Positions 24,247 to 36,819 of a stretch of 64,000 nucleotides of DNA are shown here, piece after piece. A model generated the notes under the pieces. It had not been told where the DNA came from and made no database searches. It saw nothing but the letters and a program-made list of their open reading frames with translations. This DNA is from Selaginella moellendorffii (Eukaryota > Plantae > Lycopodiophyta), in the NCBI RefSeq assembly GCF_000143415.4, contig NW_003314415.1:62001-126000 (forward strand), given 5' to 3'. A program made the translations under genes and the position numbers. The first letter of the stretch is position 1. Each line of letters starts with the position of its first letter.

Positions 24247-27200
24247 ATGCACAGGTATTCTACTGCCGCTGGTGGCAGTGGCGTTGCAGCTAGTCGAGAG
24301 GGTCCTCGATCCGATTCCACTTACTCTGCTATCGGTTTCACAGCAACAGCAAGGCACGTATCTTCTATCTTTTCTTTGCAAATTCTTGTTTTTCTTTTCG
24401 GAGCTCAAAGATCTCTTTACTGTTATCAGGCGTACTCCCCAGCTTACACCTTACAGGCTCAAATGCGAGAAAGAACCCCTGAACCCACGGTAGATATCTA
24501 GAAGCTAAATCTCCTCCGATGTTTTACTATTGTTCTTTCTAGGCTCGGACCTCCCGACTTTTATTTCCCAGCTCCCGATTGTCCAGAGGAGTCTTTAACG
24601 CGTGATACTTGCACAAATGGATACAAAGAAGCGATTGAGGGGATTGAGGTATGTTCACAACGATTGCGCCTGGTTCTCTTTACCTTAAAATACGATTCTA
24701 TCAGGAAGCACGAGAAACGACGTGGACCTTGGCTACGAATAATGCGCTATGGGCAAAAGAGAATATCAGTCGTTACAAAGAGGTTCTTTTACTTGTTTAT
24801 TTTGTTCTGTCGTGTATCAACGTGAGATTCTTTGCAGTCCCTTCGTAAGCGATTGCGGGCGGTAACAAACGCTCTCGTTAGAAAACGCAAGGTACGTGCA
24901 TGTTTCTGTGCCAGTTCGTGCTAAGTGGTTGTATTATTCAGGCAGGACAAGTATACGATGTTCCTCTTGTTGGAGCGCTGCTTGCCAAAGCTGGACAGTT
25001 CCCAGAGCGACATACCTATGGAGAGGATTATCGGAAGAAATGGATAGAAGTAAGACTAGTAGCTTCTCTTGTATCTGCTGAAGTTCACAGTTTATCTTTG
25101 CAGGACCTGTCGCAACGTAAACGCTTATCTTTATTGGCAGAGCACGTTCCACATGGTTTTCACAGAAGAACATTATTCGAAGCCCTGGTTAAGCAAAATG
25201 TGCCGTTTCTCCGAGCCACCTGGTTTATAAAAATATCTTACCTCAACCAGGTACTTCTTCTTTGCACTTCCTATACTGAGTTTCTCATACAGAGGGTCTC
25301 CAGGTGCGCCCGGCTTCGAGTGCTGGCGCTGATAAGTCGCATGGCAAGCGTCTGGAACAGTGGACTCGGGACGTTTTAGATTACGCACAATCCGTACTTG
25401 ACGAGATCTGCTCAAATGCGTCGCGTGCAGCACTGGCCCAGGCCTACGATTCTGTGCAATCTGTGGAAACCGACCTGGATGGCCATGCGAAATGGCATTA
25501 CATTGTGCGGCTTGTGCAATGGCAGTATGCGGAAGGTCTTCTTCAGCAATCCCATGTTGTTGAGTGGGCTCTCAAGCAAATACAGGTTCTCATGTGCGCT
25601 TGCTTTGTTGCGTTAACTAATGTTTTTGCATGCAGGAAAAGGAATCGCTGGACGGTTTGGAGCTTTTGCTCCCTGTTCTTCTGGAGTTCATGGACTCTCT
25701 GTCACTTTCTCAGGTCCATGTCCGAATGTTGGTAGATATCTGCCAACACTGGCTACGGCAGCTTGGGGTGTCCAACGTCCTACCCAGCCCGGAAGAGCAG
25801 CCTCAACAATATCGCATCGTTGTGACCTTTGTGGAGATACTGCGCTACCTGCTTGTTGCTGTTCCAGACACATTCGTGGCTTTTGACTGTTTTCCTCTCC
25901 TTCCATGTGTTACGACACTGGAAGGTATGGAAATCGTCAAAGACGGTGACCCGAAAGCAGATACTACGAAGGGAAATGGCAGGCCAGGGAACCTTTGTCC
26001 GTATCGTGAAGTCTACATTATGGAGGTTGTCGATTCGATACAGAAACGAGCATCATCTCTGACGAAGGCTGTGAATCCGGGAGTCCTCAGAAACAACGAC
26101 GGGAAAGTTATACAGGCTCTTGACAAGTCGCTGGCTGCTGGCGATCTCCTCAGCGCTTTCCAGGCCGTATTTGACAGCGATTTTTCTGGCTACGACCAAT
26201 TACCCGGTGAATGGAAGACCTCCAGCTCCAACTTACCATTTCTATCCGGCATGCTGAACAACGTCAATCTCTCAGATCTTTTTGCGGTGCGGTATCTGTG
26301 CGAGTGGGCAGTCTGTGACTTTCGGGATACCAGACAAGCTTCTAGTATAAAGGTATCCACAGGCATCAAAGACTTGTCACGTATTTATACTGCAGCTTCA
26401 GTCCTCCTACTTAAGAAGGACTTCCCTTCCGGATCTCACGCTAAAAAGGCCAGGGTCAAGGGTGCATCGGATTCCAAGCTCAAGCGCTCTCCGATGCACG
26501 AGATCATCGTAGCATGGATAGATCAACATGATTCGAGAAAAGGGGAGAGCATGGAGAAGATGCAGCTTCTTCTATACGAACTGGTTCGTAGGGGCATTTT
26601 TCATCCGGATGCGTACGTACGACAGCTGATCGTGGAAGGCTTACTAGAAAGACGAGAGTCGCCAAGTGATATAAGCAGGGCGGCTCGTCACCGGCGGGTC
26701 TTGCGTTACCTTCCTGGGCTTCCGACTTTGGACCTTGACGATACCAAAGACACAGACGATATTCCGGAGAATGCACGACTGTATCGCAACGAGCGTCGGC
26801 TAGCTCTGCATGGTTTCCATTCCGACGACAAAATAGCTAAAGACCGAAGGTTGAAGGATCGCACGTATTCTTCAGAAGTGAAGGTACCGATGTCTGGTTC
26901 TTTTGTAACTAACACACTGGATAGGAAGCAGGTTAGCCGGAAACCAATGAAGTTGCTGGAAGTGAAACAGGCAGTCTGTGCGTATTTACAGATTCCAGAC
27001 ACTTTAGCGGGACAGCAAAAGTTCTGTGCTGGCCCGGTTGGTATCCTCAAGAGGGTGGCTGGTTCGTCCATTGGGGATACCCATGGGTGTGAAGAATGCA
27101 ACGGTAGCAAAAGGCTTAAAACAGGCGAATCAAAGGGCACAGGGTTTATAGCAGACCCCGAAGACTCATGGTGGATAAAGAAGGTACCAAAGGTCTCGGA

Positions 27201-30200
27201 TCCAGTCAAGCTGGAAGCTTCTATCAAGCCCCCAAAGCAAGGCGTCAGAGGGAGGCCCAAAACCGTGAGAAAGACTCAAAGCCTTGCTCAGCTTCATAGT
27301 GCTCGTGTAGATGGTGGCCAGGGTGCTTCTTCCAGTCACTCGTTTGACAGTAAGGTGCATTGCCCGTATCATAGGCCTGCAGCGAGTACCAAGCTTTCTC
27401 TGAACGACTTGAGGCCTAAAAACGACTTCCGTTCGATCGGCTCTGCACTGAAGCAGCTTACAGTATCTGAGAAGTTTAACTTCTCTTCATGGCTAGACAG
27501 AACGATCCGCAGCTTACTCGGGGAAGGCACTGCCAACAAGACGGGTCCGACGGCGAGGTGTCAGCTTAATGATGAGCAATTTGGAGTGGTGGTTTATATG
27601 CTCGACATGGTGTTTGACTACAACGTTCTCGTCAGGCTTCTCTTGTGGCTTCTACCTATGGCTGCTGGTACGTCTGGAATCTCTGCGAGACCACCAGTCA
27701 ATAACAAAGAAACGTGCGGTGTCGGAGAAGCAGCAATTTTGTCATGCTTAAGAAGGTATGTTTTTTTTTTCCTTTCCGCTGCTAGTTTCTTATTCTTTAT
27801 CCTCTTTATTTTTTCAGATACGAACTAGTGATAACATCTCTGAATCTCTTACCGGAGGTTCTAACCGTTGGGATACAGTGTGCTTCTTCAGTGATTGGAA
27901 CCATTCCATCGGGCAGATCACAAATACTGATCTATGTCAGTGAGCTACTAAACAAGTACAAAGGGCTGATGACGGTACAATCGTGGCAAAAGACGTGGAG
28001 AGGTTCTTGCGATCAGAAAGTCGCGTTGGAACTGGAGGCTCTGAAAGTGGGAGACAGCGAAAGCGCTTTGGGATTCATCAATACCGTCGGTGAAGATCGA
28101 GATGATCCTATTCCTCAACGCCTGAACAGTCGACTTGCCAGGGTGGGAGCAAGCATGAAGGACTCAGTTCAGAAGGCTTTGGGGGAAGCAGTCTCGCAGA
28201 TAGTCAGCAAAGAAAGAGAACTTCAGACGGCCAACTTTGCCATCAAAGACGCTGTGGCAGAGAAAGTGGAAGAATACTCCCACCGTGTCGTCACGGGACT
28301 TTTGGAAGCCATAAAACAGAACGGAACCGCTCAGACGGACTCGGGTCTCGTCAATGCTGCTGTGTCGGCCTTGGTTAGCAGCGCAAGTTCTTCCGCCGCT
28401 AACGCGCATGAGGTGCTGACAGCGAACAATGCAGGACCTGATATATCACTGAGATGTGCCAGGCGCATTTTGCAGCTCCACGTCCGTTGTTTGCGGCTGC
28501 TGAAGGATGGCCTTGACGACCGGCAGAGCCGCGTGCTGGACGTGTCACTAGCTTCCGAGGCTTCAACGATTGTTGCCGGACACTTTGTACATATTCCTGG
28601 GAGAGCTCCCCGCTCCCAATTTCACCTCTCGCCAGAGACGCCGGAGCTGGGGACACTGGGAAACGACTTTGCAGCTGGTCAAAACGTTATCACGTCCGGA
28701 AGAGCAGCCTCGGCAACAGCACTGGTGGTGATGGCAGTTGTACATGGCGTTTTAAGCTTAGAGAGGCTCGTGACAGTTTTGAAGATAAGAGACGGACTCG
28801 AGGCCTTGCACCTTCCAAAACTTTTCGGCAGCTCAAACGGTCTGTCCAGAGGTGTGGCTATGGGAAGTACACTCAAGTCCGATGAGGTGCATATTCACTG
28901 GTTCCGGATATTGATAGGGGACTGCAAAGCCATCGCAGGGGGCCTGGTAGCTGATATCCTGGGCGATGCAACTTTAGTGGCTCTCGCACGTACTCAGCGG
29001 CTACTACCGTTAAACTCGGTCTTCCCAATGGCATATGCGATGTTCTGCGGGCTTTTGCGACGACAGGTTTTATCGCGCATGAGCAATGCGAGCAGAGACG
29101 ATAGCATTCTCCAATCCCTTAGCGTGGCTGTAGCGGACATTGTCAAGCATGAGCCGTTCCGTGAGGTGTGTTTACAGGACACGCGAGCGCTCTATGTCCT
29201 CCTTTCATCAGATGGAGGCAGCTCCGACTACGCTGCACTGCTGGATGAACAAGGTTTCGATGCTCGATTAAAAGTCGAGGCGATGCTACCTTTCTCTGGT
29301 CGGCTGTTCCTACACTCGATACTAGACGGCGTTCTACCATCTTCCATGCAATGGCAGGACGACGAAGCATGGGTGAAGGTTCGTCATGTCCACGACCCGA
29401 AACATGCGCAACAGCAGATGGTCCTGATCTTGGATGAACTGCAGCCTGCAACTTTCCACTGGCAGTGGTTGGAGCTCAGACTTCATCTCAACGAGCTGGT
29501 TTTCGTAGAGAAGATTGAAGCTCATAACTCTGCCGTCAAGGCGATGCAAGCATCCGTGGGAGCGTCGGACCAACTTTACGAGTGTGAGAAGGTCTTCACG
29601 GAAAACGTACTCACAAACGTGCTCTTCAGACCAGACGCAGGTGCATTGTACTCCGAGGTGCTGCATTCTCTCGGCAAACCGCTGGAAGAGTACATCATCA
29701 AGCTTGTGAAGTGGTCTTTGCAAGGCGTCGACGTTCTCTATGGGAAGAAATCATTAAGACAACGCCTTGAGCAGACGAAAGGGTACATTAGACCGACGTC
29801 GGCTCTGAAGTCGTGGGGCTGGCAACCTCCTTGGAGTGTGGTGGAAGCCGCCTCTCCGGAAGAGGGTGAAGTTTCTCAGGACAACGCCAGTGCAGCAGGT
29901 GGAAGCTCCAGAGACGATGCTCTCAGCCTGCACTTTGCGATCGAAAAGGCCTTGGCTGACTTGGTTCTGCCATGCCTTGCAAGGAGCTTAAACGACACAT
30001 GCAGCGGCTTTGCGTTTGATCTGGTGAGTCAAATGGCGGAGCTGGAGCAGCAAGTGACATTGCTGACGCGGTCGAGTGCAAAATTTTCTGTCGTGCCAAG
30101 CACTGCAGACGGGCCTGCAGCAAAGAATCAAAGGAGAGGAGCCAGAAGCGGATTGGAAACTGCAAGTCCAAGTGTACGTCGACGGCCTCCAGAGGCTTCT

Positions 30201-31125
30201 GCTGTTTCTGCTGCTGCGCTCCAGAGCTCGATGTGGCTGCGACTACAGTTTCTTCTGCCTTTACTGCGAATTATATACTGCGACAGGTAAATCCGTTTTC
30301 ATATGTTGTCACCCCGGGCTTAACGTTTTGTCTTCGTTTCACTGTCCGCAGAGAGAACATGCGACTGACTCTCGCTCCGGTTCTCCTCCGGTTGCTTGGC
30401 ACCCGTGTCGTATACGAGTCCGCGGAGTCGTTTGGTATTCACCAGCCAGAGAGCTCCATGCTGAACAAGGGACAGTGGAATGCGGAGCTTGCGTCGATGG
30501 CGGCAGCAGCGTCTGCCGGCGAGGAGCTGTTCGACAGGCTGCTCAGCGTCCTGCATGCGCTGCTGAGCAACACCTGGGCAGTCTGGCTAAAGCCTCGAGG
30601 CCGAGCGGCAAAGCCTCCTCGAGAAGTACCACCTTTTGAACGTGAAGCTGCCGAAAAGCTCCAGGTAAGCTTCTCTTCTTCTTTCTTTGTGCTTACGACT
30701 TGTTTTTCTAGACCGAACTGGATCACATGCAACTCCCGATGTCTCTCCGCATGAGACTTCAAGCAGCGATGCCAGTGTTTCCCCCAGGCCCGACTTTCTC
30801 ACTCTCGGCCGCTCCTCCGCAAGTGCCACAGTCCGCCTTCACGGCGCTGCAAGCCAACCTCTCACCGTCGCTGCACCTCTCGCATTCCCAAAAGCTTGGA
30901 GCCGATCTCAAGTCCAAGCCCTCTCCATCGCTGGACACCGAGACAGGTATGGACCCGTGGCTGCTCTTGGAGGACGGGACGGGACTCCCGGCCACCGTCG
31001 GCAGCGCAAACTCGTCCACCACGGCCGATGGAAGCACTCTAAAGGCCTGTCCATGGCTCAAGGGTGCTGTAAGAGTAAGGAGGACTGAACTAACACACCT
31101 CGGTTCTGTAGATTCTGATACTTGA
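24247..31125 (+). CDS. MED12: Mediator CDK8-module subunit 12 (multi-exon)
   Basis: MHRY...RRTPQLTPYRLKCEKEPLNPRLGPPDFY, LAEHVPHGFHRRTLFEAL...VPFLRATWFIK, QPATFHWQWLELRL, ALQSSMWLRLQFLLPLL, DPWLLLEDG...ACPWLKGAVRVRRTELT. Confidence 0.95.
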
Positions 31126-31915
31126 TTCATTACATGGGCCGAAACGGCCCTCTATTTTCTCTAGAAATAATACAGGGAGAGGGGGAGGGGTGGGGGCTCA
31201 CTAACTTGGCTTAGATGTCCTGCTGCTGCTCGCGGGGAGATTGTCACTGACCTCCGCTTTTCAACCGTGACATTTCTAGCGATATCCAGGTATGGAAGTT
31301 TCAAGTTCTTGGGAAGTACTGAGCATTGTTTGTTTTTCAGGTTGGATGAGATTGTGTTCTCTTTTTTCTCTTTGAGAAAGCAGACAGGTACGTTTCTCGT
31401 CTTTGTCTTTGTGTTTGTTCTCCTTGCTTATCTGTGTGGGTGTGCTTGCAGCATCGTAAGATATAAGTTTTAAGACTGTTTGGAGGAGAAGAAGCATGTA
31501 AGTCTGGATTTTCTTTTCCCGTTTTTTAGCAAGAGCAGTAATTCTTGTCGCTGAGAACGTACGAAACTCCAGCGTACGAAACTCTGGCTAATGGAAATGC
31601 TTCGTGTTATTCAATCCAGGCATTGGAAGCTATGCCATTCTAGATCGAATTGTGACTCGCTTGTTCGATCGTGACGTTGGGGATCGAGCGAGCGAGCAAT
31701 GCGAGAGGAGAGGAGGATCCGAGCTTAGTTTAATTTGGACCCTTATTTAACCCCTTAAATACATGGATGAGGAAAGGTGGCACAAGGCGAAGATGAAAAC
31801 CAAGACTAACATACGAGCCCATCTAATATGTACTTCGAGATTTGTGTGCAAAGTTTTTCACACGTTTGATCACAAGGAGAGATTCATATTCACAGTATTA
31901 CCCAATAGGATGATA

Positions 31916-33691
31916 TCAAACTTCCTGAGTTGTAGCAAGCAAAACATAAGGAGCTGAGTCATGGGGATCGATCCTCCACGCTTGTCCCGCAGCTCGAAAG
32001 CTTGCACTAGCGCTGTGATCTTGCCGACAAGCGCCCAGTACCGAGAGCCAGTCTCTCGAGTCAGCAAGAAAGGGCATGCTTCTTATGAGCTCCTCGGCTT
32101 GCTGGAAGTAGCCACAGCGAGCGAGGACTGCGAGGATACAGCCATACTGTTGCTTCGAGGGAGCGAGCCGAAAGTTGGAAACCATGGACGTGAAATGAGA
32201 CCACGAGAGCTGGAGATCGCTACTGTGGCCCGAGAGAACCGACGTGAAAGACGATTCGTCCGGTGGTATGCCTTCTATCAGCATGGCTCTGAAGAGACCT
32301 AGGTTGTCGAGTCCATTTCGAGCATACACAGCGAGCAGCGAGTTCCAGGACACTAGATCTCTTTGCGGCATATGACCAAAGCAGGATTTCGCTAGGGAGA
32401 GATGACCATTGTTGGCATACCCCGCGAGCAAAGCATTCCACGACGCTGGATCCTTATTTGAGATTTCACGGTCGAACAGGTTCTTTGCTCTGTCCATCCT
32501 TCCACTCTGGGCATGCGCAAACAGCATTGTGCTCCAGGAGATGGAGTTTTTCTCGGGCATTTTGTTGAAAAGGCTCTCAGCGTCGGTGTAGCATCCATTG
32601 CGGACGTAAGTCAAAAGCATAGCATTCCAGGATGCGAGATCAAAGTCGGGCATGGAATCGAAAACGCACTTTGATTCCTCAAGCTTTCCTTTGGCGGCGT
32701 AGCCCACGAGCAAAGCAGTGAGTGTGAAGAAATCCACGGCTGGCATCTGACGTAGAAGACCCCCGGCATCTTCTAGCAGTCCTTTGTGAGTGTAGGCAGC
32801 GACCATGGCATTCCACGAGACGAGGTTTCTTTGAGGCATGGAGTCAAAGATGGTCTTTGCGTTGACAAGATCCCCGTTCTCGGCATATGCAGTAAGCATT
32901 GTGGTAAACGACACAAGATCTCTAGCGGGCATTGAGTCAAACAGACGTTTTGCCTTGTCAACGCACCGTTGCTGGGAAAAGATGGCAATCATAGTGTGCC
33001 ATGAAAACAAATCTCTCTCGGGCATCACATAAAAGATACTATACGAATCTTCTAGATGCTCATTGTGGGCAGAAGCTGAAAGCACAGCATTCCAAGAAAC
33101 AAGATCCCACAGCGGCATCGCATCAAACAACATCTTGGCTTGCTCGAAGTTAGAGCTCTTGGAATATGCCGAGAGCATTGTCGTCCAGGAAACCATGTCG
33201 CGGCAAGGAGCAAAATCAAACAAACGTTTTGCCTCCTCAAGATGCCCAGATTGGGCATGTGCCAAGAGCATCACGCTCCAGGAAATGGCGTCCCTCTGGG
33301 GCATCTGATCGAACAGCGCCTGAGCAGTGTCAAGTTCCCCGGCCATGACACACGCACTCAGGATCGAATTCCACGCAACGAGATCCCTCTCCGGTGCCTC
33401 CCGGAACACAGCCAGTCCCTGGTCCAGATCGCCATTCTGGGCACACGCCGTGATCATGAGATTGAGCGAGAAGCCATCCCTGGGGTCGATCCGATCAAAG
33501 ACGCGCCGAGCTCGATCGAGGCTGCCGCAACGCCCATACATTTGGAGCAAAAGATTGGAGAGATATGTGCGAGTGTGGGTGGGCAGGCGCTCCTGGATGG
33601 ACCCAACCGCGGCATCGGTTTCCAGCGCTTGCGCGAGGGTGGAGCAGGATCGAATGAGCCCAACACAATCAAGGACGCTTATCGCCCACAT
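31916..33691 (-). CDS. PLS/E-class pentatricopeptide repeat protein (putative organellar RNA-editing factor), intronless
   Basis: Long run of ~31-aa repeats (RDLVSWNAM...G.LE.AK.LFD.MP), then L2/S2-like motifs and an E domain (YGCILAVLARCG...MPFLAD...PYVLL); no DYW domain. Confidence 0.93.
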   Translation of the reverse strand: MWAISVLDCVGLIRSCSTLAQALETDAAVGSIQERLPTHTRTYLSNLLLQMYGRCGSLDRARRVFDRIDPRDGFSLNLMITACAQNGDLDQGLAVFREAPERDLVAWNSILSACVMAGELDTAQALFDQMPQRDAISWSVMLLAHAQSGHLEEAKRLFDFAPCRDMVSWTTMLSAYSKSSNFEQAKMLFDAMPLWDLVSWNAVLSASAHNEHLEDSYSIFYVMPERDLFSWHTMIAIFSQQRCVDKAKRLFDSMPARDLVSFTTMLTAYAENGDLVNAKTIFDSMPQRNLVSWNAMVAAYTHKGLLEDAGGLLRQMPAVDFFTLTALLVGYAAKGKLEESKCVFDSMPDFDLASWNAMLLTYVRNGCYTDAESLFNKMPEKNSISWSTMLFAHAQSGRMDRAKNLFDREISNKDPASWNALLAGYANNGHLSLAKSCFGHMPQRDLVSWNSLLAVYARNGLDNLGLFRAMLIEGIPPDESSFTSVLSGHSSDLQLSWSHFTSMVSNFRLAPSKQQYGCILAVLARCGYFQQAEELIRSMPFLADSRDWLSVLGACRQDHSASASFRAAGQAWRIDPHDSAPYVLLATTQEV

Positions 33692-34025
33692 CCGCCATTC
33701 CCGTTTAGGTGGTTTAAGGGTTTAGTTTAGGTGGTTATGTATCGACTTCTTCCAGTTTCCACACTAATGGCAAACATTGTAAATAAATCCATTTTAGTAA
33801 AAAATAAGTACAAACATTTAACACGAAGCTTGAAATATTCTTTCCTTGTGTTTTTCCTTACGTATTTGTATTTGATACTGCAAATGAGTACTGAGTAATG
33901 CTTGAATATCCCTTTCTTTGTGTTATAAAGATGGGATCACTTTGAAAACAAAGCAGAATCCATCCCATGCTATTTAAGCTGATAGTTAGTTGAGTTATTA
34001 GGCATTACTGTTCTTTGAGTGTACA

Positions 34026-36362
34026 ATGTCTTCGGATGGGTTGATCAAAGACTTGGAGGGCGCATTCCGAGTGATAAAAAATGAAGAGCGGCTTGCAAGG
34101 AGGATCAGGGAGCTGACCAGCGGTCAATGCGTGGACCTGAGAAGATTGAAGACCGAGGAGGGCGAGGACCAGCCAGTCCTCCACCTGGCATGCGAGTCCG
34201 GCAACCACGTCGCAGTCAGCGTTCTTCTCAAGAAGTTCGATGCCAGATTGGACATCATGACCAAAGCCGGCACCACGCAGGACACGGCCTTCCACAGGGC
34301 AGCAGTAGGGGGCAGCGCCAAAGTGTTGCAAATCCTGATGGATGAGTTGAGGCTCAGGGACCCCAGCAGCGCCAAGCTGAATGTGGCCGATGTGGGGAAT
34401 AAGTACAATCGCACCCCACTGCACCTCGCACTAGAGACTGGTCAACTGGAGACTGCTCGCTATCTCATCGGTGCCCCAGTCAACGTCCATGCCGAAGACA
34501 ACTACGGCTACAAGATGCTCCACTTTGCGGCAAAGTCTGGACGCGTGGCAGCCCTTGAGGAGGTAGTCCGGGCGACCAGGGTTGACGTCAACGTGACCAG
34601 TAACGATAATATCACCCCGCTGCATTGGGCCGCTCTCCAGGGCGGCGTGGGTGCCGTTGACTGGCTGCTCCGGCATGGCGCTGACTTAACCGTGGCTGAC
34701 CATGTCCAAGGCTGGCTCCCGCTGCACTATGCGACCCAGCGACTCCAGATTGATGTGGTGGAGCTCCTGCTTCACAAAGCCGGGACTAATCCCTTCGCCA
34801 CAGCTAAGGATGGGAAAACCGTTGTGGACATGGTCTTCGAGAAAGACAAGAGTGGGAAAAAGCGCCAGCTCAAGATGCTGCTCGAAAAGATGCAGGTCCT
34901 GAAGAATATATTCCTGTCAGAGCATATGATCAAGTATGTTGCTCGATATGGAAGCAACAGCACCAACAACTGGCTTGAGAACGAGTTAACGGCTCCGTAT
35001 CTCCGGGAAACTAAGAGGAAGCTCGTCAAGAAGGTGAGGCTCTTGGAGTGTGCAGCTGAATCCGACAATGTGGAAGCTGTTCAACACTTGGTGCATCTGA
35101 TCAGGAATCTGCTGATCGAGACCGACAAAGGCGAGTTTCTGGATCAGTTTAAGTGTGCGCTGCAACATGCGCTCCAGCTTGGGAAGCTCGACTTTGCGAA
35201 AGCTTTGGCTTTGGAGCTCCTGGATGAAGAGAAGGTGGATCTGGGAGACTGGGTGAGAGATCTTAAGAAAAAGTTTCTGGAGAGGATGACAGTGCCGTTG
35301 AAGCAGCTATGGAGAGATTTTCAACTGTCACAGGAGTCGGACAAGCACTCTGGGAGGTTATGGGGATGGGGGAAGAACAGGTATCATTGCGAGGAGAAGA
35401 ACCTGCCGGGGCAGCTTCCTTTCGCGTTCATACTGGCTTGGATCAGGACCATGCATGAGAAATCTGTGGTGGAAGCCACAGCCGAGTTCATCGAGCATCA
35501 GAATCTGTGGGATCATATAGGTTTCAGCAGCAACGTCGACAACACAAAGAAGAATGCGCTGCACTGGGCTGTTCTGTTGGTGAAGCCTGCCGTTGTGGAT
35601 GAGCTCCTCAAGATCAAAGCTTGTGAAGCGGAGGCAGTAGCTGGGGATGAGAACGACAAAACGCCACATGAACTCGCGGTCGTTGCACATCGCTTGTTTA
35701 CTTTAGCAGCGGATCGGGCCGATGCAAAGGACGAAAAGCTCAAGCTTGTAGCCATGGCAAAGAATCTAGAGAACATCAAGATCAAGATGCAGGTTGAAAG
35801 CCAACCTGTGAAGGATCTTAACGACTTATTGCACAGGGACAGGACGCTCTCTGTAGAGGCCCTGAATGCCATATTGGTCGGATCGGCACTGCTGGCTGGT
35901 ATAACATTCCAGGGAGTCTTGCAACAGCCAACCACAAACAACAGAACTGGATTGAACATCTTTGCTGCATTCAATTCTCTATCGTTCTTCTTCGGGATGG
36001 CCAGTGCAGTCATCGGCGCAACAGGTGTTCTTCCCAAGCGCGACGAGTATATTGGCCACCTTCTCAAAGACCTTAGGTCCAAACTCACTCTCGCTGCAGG
36101 CTTGCTCATCATCTCTATTGCATTTGTTCTTGTTGCATTCGCTTCAGCTGGGTTTGGGACCATACACCCTAGCTTCAGGTATGCCATCCTCGTCACAACC
36201 GGCATAGGTGGAACATTGTGCCTTTACATGTTGGCTGCGTTTATGAGGCGCATCTATTTACTGTGGTGGGTTACTGAAGGGGATAAAGAAAGTAGCATGA
36301 AGAAGGTTGGGTTTCGACCTGCAAGGGATCATAAATCAACAATAGGTTGGAGATTGTGCTAA
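34026..36362 (+). CDS. Ankyrin-repeat transmembrane protein (ACD6/ITN1-like, PGG-type C-terminal TM domain), intronless
   Basis: Ankyrin repeats (PVLHLAC, TAFHRAA, TPLHLAL, TPLHWAA, LPLHYAT, NALHWAV); C-terminal ILVGSALLAGITFQGVLQQP, FAAFNSLSFFFG and further hydrophobic helices. Confidence 0.9.
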   Translation: MSSDGLIKDLEGAFRVIKNEERLARRIRELTSGQCVDLRRLKTEEGEDQPVLHLACESGNHVAVSVLLKKFDARLDIMTKAGTTQDTAFHRAAVGGSAKVLQILMDELRLRDPSSAKLNVADVGNKYNRTPLHLALETGQLETARYLIGAPVNVHAEDNYGYKMLHFAAKSGRVAALEEVVRATRVDVNVTSNDNITPLHWAALQGGVGAVDWLLRHGADLTVADHVQGWLPLHYATQRLQIDVVELLLHKAGTNPFATAKDGKTVVDMVFEKDKSGKKRQLKMLLEKMQVLKNIFLSEHMIKYVARYGSNSTNNWLENELTAPYLRETKRKLVKKVRLLECAAESDNVEAVQHLVHLIRNLLIETDKGEFLDQFKCALQHALQLGKLDFAKALALELLDEEKVDLGDWVRDLKKKFLERMTVPLKQLWRDFQLSQESDKHSGRLWGWGKNRYHCEEKNLPGQLPFAFILAWIRTMHEKSVVEATAEFIEHQNLWDHIGFSSNVDNTKKNALHWAVLLVKPAVVDELLKIKACEAEAVAGDENDKTPHELAVVAHRLFTLAADRADAKDEKLKLVAMAKNLENIKIKMQVESQPVKDLNDLLHRDRTLSVEALNAILVGSALLAGITFQGVLQQPTTNNRTGLNIFAAFNSLSFFFGMASAVIGATGVLPKRDEYIGHLLKDLRSKLTLAAGLLIISIAFVLVAFASAGFGTIHPSFRYAILVTTGIGGTLCLYMLAAFMRRIYLLWWVTEGDKESSMKKVGFRPARDHKSTIGWRLC

Positions 36363-36564
36363 GTTCTAGGTAGGCAACTTATATGTGTGCATCTCTAATA
36401 AGCAGGGAAGATTCACTTGCCGTGCCCAATTTTGTGGGCAAAAAAACAAATAAATAATTTTGTGGTTTAGCCATGGTGCCGGTCCCCATATTGTTGTTCA
36501 AACAACATTTTCGTAGCAAATCCAGGGCCTCTAAACTTTGCTCCTCCGCCTCTTAGAATCAGCT

Positions 36565-36800
36565 TGATAGGGGAGCCATCCTCTTCTTCTCCAGGACGTG
36601 CCTTGGCAGTGCACTTACGTGATCACAGGCTTGAGCTTCATCGTCTTGTAGAGAGCTCGAGGGTGGCAGCCGTGAGCGACGGTCGACAGGAAAGATGCAT
36701 GAGATGCGACAAAGTGGTAAGATTGTGTTTGAAAGGCGCGCATGGTATAATCGGTTCTCATCCAGGCTTTCCATGGCAGCCCATCATTGCCGACAAAATC
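36565..36800 (-). pseudogene. Degenerate PPR-gene fragment
   Basis: Broken frame with PPR-like HGCHPRALYKTMKLKPVIT; similar (inverted) to 38618-38652. Confidence 0.4.
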
Positions 36801-36819
36801 GGGCAAAAGAGCTGCTGCA

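Noticed and set aside
31136-31164. Hairpin followed by CTAG resembling a Helitron 3' end
   Set aside because: Followed by A rather than T, sits immediately after the intact MED12 stop, and no 5' TC end or helicase is evident.
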